Shown here in pieces: positions 39,001 through 51,000 of a stretch of 64,000 nt of DNA; the stretch's first letter is position 1, and every line of letters starts with the position of its first letter. The notes under the pieces were generated by a model. The model made no database searches, had not been told where the DNA came from, and saw nothing but the letters and a program-made list of their open reading frames with translations. The stretch spans positions 19,096,001-19,160,000 of the forward strand of contig CM069151.1 of assembly GCA_035221665.1 (NCBI GenBank), read 5' to 3'. The DNA comes from Okamejei kenojei (taxonomy: Eukaryota). Both the position numbers and the translations under genes were made by a program.

Positions 39001-42000
39001 TTTGCTTTTTGAGTATGTGTGTGTATATATATAGTGCAACGATAGAGAGAGAAAAAGAAGTTCAGTGTGTANNNNNNNNNNNNNNNNNNNNNNNNNNNNN
39101 NNNNNNNNNNNNNNNNNNNNNNNNNNNNNNNNNNNNNNNNNNNNNNNNNNNNNNNNNNNNNNNNNNNNNNNNNNNNNNNNNNNNNNNNNNNNNNNNNNNN
39201 NNNNNNNNNNNNNNNNNNNTCTCTCTCTCGTTTATCATATTATTTACGGAGTACTATGTTTACATATTCTGTTGTGCTGCAGCTAGTAAGAATTTCATTG
39301 TTCTATCTGGGATATATGACAAAACATTATTGACTCTCTCTCTTGAATCAATGTTAGGAACAATTCTCAAAAGGTTGTTCAGCAACTGAAAACCCAGTTC
39401 AATATCAGTTCTAAAGCATATAATTAGACAAGAATGTATGACAGGTCAGTGAAAGTTGTAGCCTGTTGCTTTCTGAATGACTCGCTCAATAATTTAGAAA
39501 TTATAGAATAATTTAATGCTTGTCTAAACAGGCATGATGTAAAGTATAACTGCGCTCACTTTCCAGTTACGTGAGTACCTAGTGAAATAGTTGTCGTCAG
39601 TATCTGCTTTGTTGTGGTTGTTTCTATAAATCAAGGAAGGAATCACAGTCAGTTACTACACTGCACACCCGTTTAGTTTAGAGATACAGCGCGGAAACAG
39701 GCCCTTTGGCTCACGCAGGTCACGAGGAGAATATACAAATTCCATAAATACAGCACCCCTAGTCAGGATCCAACCTGGGGCTCTGGTGCTGTACGGCAGC
39801 AACTCTACCACCATGCTGCCATTCCAACCCGTGTTGGGTTTAAATACCTTGAGGCCAAAACTGATACCCCTCCCTCCACCACCAAAAGGTACAGGAAGAG
39901 GGCCACACAGTCAATCAGTCCAGGTCCATTATAACTGCGTGTAGCAGACCAGGTTTGTGCTGGTTGCTAATTTTTCTCAGTTTTACTTTAATTTTGTGCA
40001 AACTGCATGGAGTAATGGCTTATGGATCAGTCAGGATCCAATGCTGAGTGAAGCTCATTCAATTTAAAGAAAAAATGCACTGATTCGAGTGCTTAAAGGC
40101 TGGGATTCTGTAGGTGAAGGCTTTCCAGGAAATCAGTGGGGATGACTAGTCTCCAGTCTCCCGTTTATTGAGAAGAGATATTTTGTTGCACTGGAAATTG
40201 TAGATGCTGGATACAAGTCCAGATGCAGCATTGATGAGGGTATTAGCAGAGCTAGAGGGTTGAAATTGCATGATAATACAGAGATGGAAATTACCATCCT
40301 CAGCATTGGAATAGATTACCTTGGGATTCAATATGTTCTCAAGATTATGAAATGCCAGTTGTTGTATTGGACGCTGGAATCTATGATGACAAATATAATT
40401 TTTAAAAGCAGCCTGAGGGCAAATGCTTTGTTCTTCACAACTTCCAGTTCTGACACTGGCCCAGTAGGACAAACTTCATCTCAACTCAATCCTGAGCATG
40501 GGTTTTCCTTTAGTTCCACTCTCATTTTCACTCATGATTCCTAGAGCTCATTTTATCCATCTCCCCTTCTCTGCCTTTGTGCTAGTCCTTCCAAACTGAC
40601 TACCACTCAATATCCATTCAAGGCCTCTCAATTTAACGACTACAAGACCCATCAGAATTTTTTGGAAATTAATGAAAAAGCAATCAGGTAATCAAAATAA
40701 ATCTTTAATAGAAAATTAAATCCCACCCTGCTTCCTGTAAGGACTCCATCCCCTATTCCCAATTCTTCCGTCTACGCCGTATCTGCTCCCAGGATGAGGT
40801 GTTCCACACCAGGTCACCACAAATTGCCTTGTTCTTCAGAGAAAGGGGATTCCCCTCCCCCACTATTGATGAGGTTCGCACCAGGGTCTCCTCCATAACC
40901 CCGCAACACTACCCTCTCTCCCCATTCCCCCACTCGCAAACAGGGCAGAGTCCCCCTGGTCCTCACCTTTCACCCCACCAGCCGGCAAATACAACACATA
41001 GTCCTCCGCCAGTTTCGCCACCTCCAACGTGACCCCTCCACTCGCCACATCTTCCTATCTCCCCCCATGTCTGCCTTCCGCAAAGACCGCCACCCCTGCA
41101 ACTCCCTTGTCAATTCTTCCCTTCCCTCCCGCTCTACCCCTTCCCCGGCACTTTCCCTTGCAACCGCAAGAAATGCTACACTTGTCCCTTCATCTCCCCC
41201 CTCCACTCCTTTCAGGGACCCAAGCAATTCCTTCCAGGTCCGACAGAGGTTCATCCTGCACCTCCTCCAACCTCATCTACTGCATCCGCTGCTCCAGATG
41301 CCAGATGATCTATATCGGTGAGACCAAGCGGAGGCTTGGCGATCGTTTCGCCGAACACCTCCACTCGGTCCGCAATAACCAAGCCGACCTCCCGGTGGCT
41401 CTGCACTTCAACTCCCCCTCCCATTCTGTATCCGACCTCTCAGTCCTGGCCTCCTCCACGGCCAGAGTGAGCAACACCGCAAGTTGGAGGAACAGCACCT
41501 CATATTCCGCTTGGGGAGTCTGCATCCTCTGGGCTTGAACATTGAATTTTCTCAATTCTGTTATCCCTTGCTGTCTCCTCCCCTTCCCACCCCTCCCTCA
41601 GCCCTCTGGCCCTGGCATTCCTTCTATCTCTATCTCCCTCCCCCACCCTAGTCGCACTAGCTTCTCATTTTCACACCACAAACAGCTTACAATGGCTTGT
41701 TCCCTTTATCATCGATACTTTTTTGCATATCTTTCATTCATTGTTTTATTATCTCTCCACATCACCGTCTATATCTCTCGTTTCCCTGATCCCTGACCAG
41801 TCTGAACCCGAAACGGCGCCTATCTCCTTCGCTCCTTAGATGCTGCTGCACCCGCTGAGTTTCTCCAGCCTTTTGTGTAACCCTGCTAGTATTGTATGGT
41901 GGATATGCGTGTGCTGTTCATAAAAATATTTGCAAGACTTCCAACGGAAAGATCCTTTTGACAGATAAACCATGACATTTGAAAAATGTCAGGTCTATTG

Positions 42001-45000
42001 GAAAAGGAACCTGGTAGCATTCCTGACGTACTATACAAGTGTCATTTTTCTCAGCCTTTGCGGGCTGAACTGCATTGAAGTATCGAGGGTTGATGAGAGA
42101 TCCTGTCAGTTAAATATTTACTGCAGGTATTTTAATACCCTATATTGTTAGGGTTTCCAAACACAGAATTCACTTCGACACGTTGGTTGCAATGGGCGGT
42201 AGTAAGACAAAAGGGAAAACAGGTTTTAAACTTTTTGTTTTACCTGAATGCTTATAATTTGTTTTACCTGTTTTTATGAGGTTTTAGATAATTTTACTTT
42301 CTTTACCTTTGGGGGTGGGGGGGGGGGGGGGGGTTATAGTCTGTAAGGATGTTTGTCAAAGACAGCTGGGGTGCATTAAAATGGGCAGGAGGTTTTGGGG
42401 CAGGACATCCTTATTGACTAATAGAAACAAAGAATTGCTGATGTTGGGTGCAGGGGGACCAGAAGATCCTCAAACAGCTCATCAAAAGGCAATGGGAACA
42501 GGTTCCTGTGGATGTCACTGCCGAGATTCAAAACCTGGCATGATGGCAAAGCTACATGACTTTTAATGTCGGGGGTTACACAAAAAGCTGGAGAATCTAC
42601 AAGAGGTCACTGTGACTGCTTCCTGTACGCCTCTCTGTCCAACTGCTCGATTCTCCGCAGCTCCACAATTCAGATTTCAGGATCCTGCATCACGGCCCTC
42701 CCAATCATACACAGTAGTGGTCCAAGACTGCTGACCACATGTTACTGACTGTACGTACTGCCAGCGAGGAAATGCTAAGGTGATTAGAAATTGAGTGACA
42801 GCCCATCTACTCCGTGTGTAGCTCGTTGTTGGGGTATTGATACTAAGAGCAGAAAAAAACCCATATCATTGATTTCAAACACCAATTCAATTTTTTTCTC
42901 TCCAAATGTCACCCAACCAGCTGAGTATTTACAATAATTTCTGTTTTAATGTATCTCTTATTTTCCTACAGACAAGAAAAAAATACTGCATCACCCATAA
43001 CCTATTGAAATCTGGCTCGGTCTATATAATACCATTATTTTGCCACAGAGAAAGATGCTGCCTTCATAGGCCTGCCTTGCATTCAGGCCCACAATTCCTC
43101 AACGATAGGAGTTGTTGGAATTGTCACTCAGATTTGATGTGCTTTGGTGGCATTGCTGGGAATATTGTGTCAATTTGGAAGAGGAAACTCTTTTCATTTG
43201 AAAGTTCAATATTGAATAAATAGTTTATTCAGGCCCAAACATGAATTTGTCACTTGTTAGGTGACAATGCAGATCATGAGATAATGTACTTCTGGAGACA
43301 TCTATTGTCAATGCTTGAATTATCTGGAGACAAGGTCCCACACAAGCAGAGCACATGGAATGCCAGACAGTGACTAGTGGGGTGCAGCACGGCTCGGTGC
43401 TCAACAAGGCCAGTTATTTACAATATATATTCACGATTTAGATGAGGGAATTAAATGTGTCATCTCCAATTTGCGGATGACACAAAGCTGGGTGGCAGTG
43501 TGAGCTGCGATGAGGAAAGCTATGATGCTGTGGGGTGATTTGGATAGATTGGGTGAGTGGGCAGATGCATGGCAGATGCAGTATAATGTGGAAAAATGTG
43601 AGGTTATCAACTTTGGTGGTAAGAACAGGAAGGCAGATTATGATCTGAATGGTGTCAGATAAGGAAAAGGGGAGGTGTAATGAGACATGAGTGTAATGTA
43701 TGCTTGTACATCAGTCACTGAAAGTAAGCATGCAGGTTCAGCAGGCAGTGAAGAAAGGTAATGGCCTGTTGGCCTTCATTGTTAGAGGATTTGGGTTTAG
43801 GAGCAAAGAATTCCTACTGCAGTTGTACAGGCCCTGGTGAGACCGCACCTGGAGTATTGTGTGCAATTTTGGTCTCCTAATTTGAGTAAGGATATTATTG
43901 CTATTGAGGGAGTGCAGCGTAGGTTCACCTGGTTAATTCCCGGGATGGCTGGATTGACATATGTTGAAAGAATGGGTCGACTGGGCTTGTATTCACTGGA
44001 ATTGAGAAGGATGAGAAGGGATCTTATAGAAACATATACAATTCTTAAAAGATTGTACAGGCTAGATGCAGGGAAAATGTTCCCAATGTTGGGGGAGTCC
44101 AGAACCAGGGGTCAAAGTTTAAGATTAAGGGGTAGGCCATTTAGGACTGAGATGAGGAAAAACTTCACCCAGAGAGTTATGAATCTATGGAATTCTCTGC
44201 CACAGAAAGCAGTGGAGGTCAATTCACTGGATGATTTCAGGAGAGAGTTAGACTTAGCTCTTAGGGCTAAAGGAATCAAGGGATATGGTTAAAAAGCAGG
44301 AATGGGGTACTGATTTTAAAATGATCAGCCATGATTATATTGAATGGCCAAATGGCCTATTCCTGCACCTATTTTCCTATATTTCTATGTTTCACACCTT
44401 ACTCGTCCATATCTCTACATCTGTTGTTTTCACACCTTAACTCTTCCATAAGAAACATTTAGACATGCACATGAATAGGACAGGTTTAGAGGGATATGGA
44501 CCAAATGCAGGGAGGTGGGACTAGAGTAGAAAGGACATGTTGGCTGGTGTAGGCAAGTTGGGCCAAAGGGCCTGTTTCCACGCTGCAAGACTATGACTCT
44601 ATAACTCTATGTCTCTCTCTCTCTCCCCTGACCCTCAGTCTGAAGAAGGGTCCCGACCCGAAACGTCGCCCATTCCTTCTCTCCAGAGATGCTGCTGGTC
44701 CAGCTGAGTTACTCCAGCATTTTGTGTCTATCACATTTAAGGCTGTTGCTTACTAGGTGTGGAGCTGGTGGTTAATGTTGGTTATAATTGGGATCCCTCA
44801 TGTTGTCAACACTGATCCATGTCAACACTGCTTGGTGACATATTAAGTCTGCTTCAGGTTCAAATACTTACTTTACTAATGCATGCAGCGAATCACAGAA
44901 ATTATAAAAGTGAAATCTATTCACTTATTTATTATTTTAATTATTTCAACAGAAAGAACACCACTATTTAATTGCCTTAACATTGGCTCCAGAATAATAA

Positions 45001-48000
45001 AAGTTATTGGTCAGGCAAATTTGCTTGTAATATTAATGCTATTGGAAATATTAGCATGTTCATTGGGAAAATTTACTACCTGAAGATCCATACACAGACC
45101 AACTGTAGCATTAAAAATTATTGGGCATAAATTTTTAATCTTTCGATTTCCCTACTCCTATTCAGAAAGGAGTAAGTCAATCAGCTAAACACAAAGTGCC
45201 AGATGAACCTAGTCGGTCAAGCAGCATTTGTGGAGGGAATGAACAGTTGTTAATTTAGATTGGGGCTCTTCTTCGGACTGATGAAGTAGGAGGGAGAAAG
45301 CTGGAGAGGAGAGGTCATAGGGCAAAGCCTGGCAAGTGAAAGGTGGATACCAGCGAGGGGGGTGGTGTGTGGTGATTACCAGACAAGGAAAATTGAAACA
45401 ATTGATTTTCTTCGTATGACAATCACCACCCCCACCTCCTCCTTCAAATTGGAAATTCCTTTTGCTTTGTGTACAAAGTAGCCCTGCCCAATCATGAGGC
45501 TGGAGAAGGGTTGCAGATGACCAGGATCTCTGTGTATCCGACCCCACCCCCTCCACATCAATGGCCGAGGTGAAGAAAGAAACCCCCAATTGTGGACTCT
45601 CAGAACAGATCTGATGCGGGCCTAAAGAATAGCTCACTTTACCGGAGAGAATAATCAGAAACCAACAATCTATTCTCAACCTTTAAACATTTCCTTCAAG
45701 ATGTTCCAATGTTTATGATTATTCATTTTCAATCACCATTCAGCTGAATAACAAAATGCAGAATAACCTATTGTATACCAGAGGTATTCCTATTGTATAC
45801 CAGAATAACCTATTGTATTTAAACAATGGAGAATGAAATTATATACCTATTGTATACCAGAATAACCTATTGTATTTAAACAATGGAGAATGAAATTATT
45901 CTCGGTTAATTAATTAAGGAATTTGGTTTTGTCACAATAAACAGTAGACCAAAATTACTCCAAGGAGATCTTGATCCCCTCAATGCATTTGATTTGGGGA
46001 AAAAAAATTCCCTGCAGTTTATCCAAATGTATGGATGGATCAGTGAATATTGGCTCAGAGTCATTCACTTTAATAAGACTTTGGCATTAGTCAATAGCGA
46101 TCACTTTGCAATTAAAGTTATGGGGCGAAGGCAAGAGAAAGGGGTTAGGAGAGAGGGATAGATCAGCCATGATTGAATGACAGAGTAGACTTGATGGGCT
46201 GAATGGCATAATTCTGTGCAATCACTTTTGAACATAAACATTTTCTCCAATGAACAGGTACCAGCTTATTCATTCTGAATTTAAACTATCTCTAAACTAA
46301 AATTGTGGACAATATAAATAAATTAATCATGAACATTTGGTAAACTTCAGTAGTGAGACTCATTGCATGCAATTTCCTGAAGTCACAGACAGGTATTTGT
46401 AATTGGATTTGTCAAATTAAGATCAATAGACCATTATCTGTTTATTTGCACTTTATCTGCTTATTTATTCATGTGTGTATATATTTATATAATGTTATAT
46501 TGACACGCTGATCTGTTCTGTATTCATGCCTACTATATTCTGTTGTGCTGAAGCAAAGTAAGAATTTCATTGTCCTATCTGGGACACATGACAATAAACC
46601 CTCTTGAATGTTGAATCTTGAAAAAATGAATTTTCTGCCCAGCTTTTCTTCCCTAGTCCAAGACATAAGTTGTTGAGTTCCTTATGTTCACCCCATTGAA
46701 GTTGGCTAACAAATGAACATTTCAAAGATGCTACCTAACCCGCTGAGTTCTTCCAGCACTTAAAAAAAAAGCACTTTTCTTTAGCTATCTAATTTTGAAC
46801 ATTCCATTTGTTTAGCATCTTTTACAATATGGCAAAGCATTTTTTAATCTTACAAGGCACTTTTTAAGTTTGATCATTCTATGAATGCAGAAAAATTAAA
46901 AGCCAGTTGACACACACCAGGTTTCCATTGAAAGTAATATGTTTAAGATTAAAAGTGTAATTTACTTCATATACGATATAGCCTGTACCCGTTTAACAAA
47001 GTATTTGGACTCCTTTACATCCCCCTGAGAGAGTTGGTTTAGCATCTCATCTGCAAGATAGTATCCTCAATTGTGCAGCTCCTCCCAGAGACTGCACTGT
47101 GCTGTAATTAAAGTGTTACCTTATTAGTTTGTAACATCATTCATGTTTCTTTTCAATTAAAGTGTTACCTTATTAGTTTGTAACATCATTCATGTTTCGA
47201 AGCTGTCTAATCATCTTTGAATTCTAAATAGTTAATTCCATAATAGCTCAGCTACGAGCTCCAAGTTGCTCCTGCACTTATAGCAATGACGCTGTATATT
47301 CAATGGTATGTTGAGAATTATTCATTCAAGGAATGTATTAAAGCTTATTCCAAAACATCTACATGAGTCCAGTTTTATTATTCAAAAAAGTCATAAAATT
47401 AAGTTTACTCCACATCTTCTCAACATGATTTCCAAACAGCAGACACAAGCAAACAAAATGGATAAATCTTTCACTCTTGGTGAAAAAACTCAAAAATTAT
47501 ATTTTTAAATCCAATATAAGTCACCAGTATGAATACTTCCATACAAAATAGCATAGTATTGTAAAATATGAGACTAGCCCATTGAAATATTTTGCATATC
47601 TTTTTAAATAGGCACAAGAGGAAACCATTACCTGTGGTAGTTGCTGCAACTGTTGTTGTACTCAATGTTGAATTAATGACTTCTGTGGTTGTAGTTAATG
47701 CTGGTGAATAAAAAGATAAAGAGGTCATAACACAGCTTTCAATGATTATGATATAAAATTAATAGCACTTTGAAGATTATTTTCAGTTTTTAATCTTAAT
47801 TGGCAACTGAAAAATCTTCAATGTAAAAGTAAAAAATTGACGGTCTTTTGGATGCACGTCCCCATAACACCTCATAAAGCATCATTGGGATCCTGTCATT
47901 GTGTTCCTCTCAGCAAAGCAAAACAGGGATGAGCTGGTGTGAAATAGGTGGTGTGACTCTAATCATTTCAATGAGAATGATTCGAGGTTTTCATATAGTT

Positions 48001-51000
48001 TGTTTCTGGGCCAGTTAAAATAGGTAAAAAGGTACATGGATAGGACAGGTTTAAAACAGTAAAAATAATACACACCTCTGCATATCACTTTCCCATTCTT
48101 GCACACACTGCAAATGATTAAAAATAATTTAGGTTAATGAGAGATTAGGTTAATATGTTTTTTGCTATTTTCACATTAATTATTTTGACAGCTTGCTACT
48201 TTCTTGGCAATATCTGTTGTCATGAAAGCTAAATTGAATACAGCTGCATCAGAAATTTCATGAAATTATTAAAGGGCCTGTCCTACTGTACGAGGTAATT
48301 CAAGAGTTCTCCCAATTTCTCCCCTGATTCGAGCTTGTGTAATGTACGTAGCGGGTACGTAGGGCTCGTACGAGTAAAAAGTAAACATTTTTTTCATAAC
48401 GAGTATTTTTTTACTCGTGGACATTTTTCACAGTGTTGAAAAAACGTCACGAGTTTACCGTATTTCCCAAGTGCCTCCCGTTACTCATACGAGCCGCTAC
48501 ATGACATCCACAAGCTCCTTCTTCTTCTTTCGTGTGGCGTGCACAGCCTAAAGTTGTAGGACTTGTTCTATTTGAACTTCTGTTTGTGCACAGTGAGTTG
48601 ATTGCATTAGTCAAAACAGGGCAGACCACGTGAAGGTTGCAATTTCCCACCCTCCACAAGCTTCTACGTACCCGCTACGTACATTACACGAGCTCGAATC
48701 AGGGGAGAACCCGGGAGAACTCTTACCGTACAGTGGGGCAGGCCCTAAAGTCTCTAAACTCTAGAAATAAATGAGATAGTTCAAACAAAATAGATAATCA
48801 CCTTCCATTTCTTATTAGCTTTAGATGGAAGCTATATGTGCAGAAATGTACCTCATCTGCAACCTCACAAGCACATCCACCAACAAACTATCCCAAGTCA
48901 ATCCTGCAATATTCCCATCACCATTTAACATCCTTTCGAAATGGCAGACAGTGCCAACTATTTCATTGAGTTACCAAAAACATATGAGGTCTGTGGCCTC
49001 ATAACATTCACTTATCTCATTTTTCTTACAGGAAAGGAATATAAACATTTTACTGATTGTATGCCTCATTGTCTACTTCCCCTCAGCTAACAATGATTCA
49101 TTCTACATTTTCATTGAGCATCGTCCCATTTGATGTCTCGTATTCACATCTTTCCCTTCCATATCTCTCTGTCTCACAGTCTGAAGAAGGGTCTTGACCT
49201 GAAATGTCACCCACTCCTTCTCTGCAGAGATGCTGCCTGTCCTGCTGATTTGTGTCTATCTTCAATATAACTCCTGAAATGGATTTCTGGTCTCCAACCT
49301 TCCAAAATAGTTTTATAGTGACAATAACTGTACATGTACACGATATTATGAAATAGCTATACATAAGTGAATATTTTTATTAAAGAAAAGAAAATATTTA
49401 AAATTCATGGTTAGTATGAACTAAAAATGGAAGGTGCATTTATAAATACCATTCTTCACAATCATTCATGGTTCTATTGCCTGGCAGCAATATTTTCCCA
49501 TTATAATAACAAGTACAATCAGGTAGGTTAACACATTTCATTTTATTTTCGTCCAGATACGGAGTATTCTCAGGGCATCTTGCATAACAACCTGAAGTAA
49601 ATAGAAAGTCATAATGAGGACAGGGCATTGATAACATGGGTTAGTGACTTAAATTAATAAACACTTCACAGGTTCATATTGTTCCAAACTGGTTTTAAAA
49701 CTTGAATTTTTAAAGGGTCACAAATACCCACCATTCAATTAAATAGAAATGCCGTTGTGTATACAGAACATTTGTAAAAAAACTATATAAATACTAAGTC
49801 AGGAATATTACCATTTACAAATCAATCTTATAATACACAGGGTGAATAAGAATCAAAATACGTGAGGTTTTCGAGCACAACCTTCAAGAACTGCAGAATA
49901 TTTTTTCCCGATGTGATGGTCAGAGCATGTTCGCGTTTTTATTGTTCCACAAGGCTGATAGTGCCAGCTGCACTCACCGGGAGCGTTATAATAATCACAG
50001 TACACAGCTGAAATATAAAACAGAAAAAGTTCTCCATTATGACCTGCAATTTGTTTCCAGTTTTATAAATCTCTGATTTGTTACACATGATTGGCGGTAT
50101 TCCTTTCCTGTTACTAATGATCAGACAAATGCTTCATTAGCTGACCTTCATAACAAGAATAATGGTAGGAGCATTAATAACAGCTTGTTGTTATTAAAAA
50201 CGAATCAGATAGAAATGAACAACATTCACGTCTACCCATCGGTCAGAGTGGGATTCGGATGGAGTATTAAGGTGAGGAGACTTTTTATTGGTTTGTTACC
50301 TACATTGTTATGAGGTCCAATGTAATCTTATGGAACAGTACCTCATTTTATGTCTGGGCCCATTGCAGCTCCTGGACTCAATATTGAACTTTACAACTTC
50401 AAGTAACATGATTTCTCTGTCCATGTTAGTCATCCATCTGTGACAATAGCTCCAGGTGTTTTTTACTGCCCTTTTTAATCACTGGGAGTGGTGGAATGTG
50501 GAATTTGACCTGCTGGGCTTGTCTCATGACTCCGCATTTCACACCCCCACATTCTTTTGTCCGTTCTCACTCTCTAACGGCTCCCATTTACACATTGACC
50601 AGTTAACCTAGTCCACAACGAAACACGACGTGCTGGTGGAACTCAACAAGTCAAGTAGCATTTGTGGAAGGAATGGACAGACCGCATTTCAGATCGGTCC
50701 CCTTCTTCAGAGAAGGAAGGGTCCAAACTCGAAACGTCATCTGTCCATTCGCTGCGTTCTTCCAGTACTTTGTATTCTGCTCAAGATTACAGTATCTACA
50801 GTCTCATGTCCCCATGTAACCTTGTTTATAGTTTATTGCCATGGTCAGCATGCTTTTACAGCCTGAAGTAAAATGATGTACAATACCAAATAAATTCCCT
50901 TTGTTATTCTTCACATTATTAACCATTCTCAAAGAAATTCAAGAACATCATTTCTTTGAGAATTGCTTGCATTGATCAAATAAGTTTGATAATATCTATA

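Noticed and set aside
39072-39219. Gap possibly hiding more cassettes
   Set aside because: Both flanks look like contiguous parts of one Rex1/Babar 3' UTR microsatellite, so little is likely missing, though this is not proven.
42300-42780. Possible LINE ORF1 remnant or G-rich regulatory tract
   Set aside because: Too degraded to assign without a database search.
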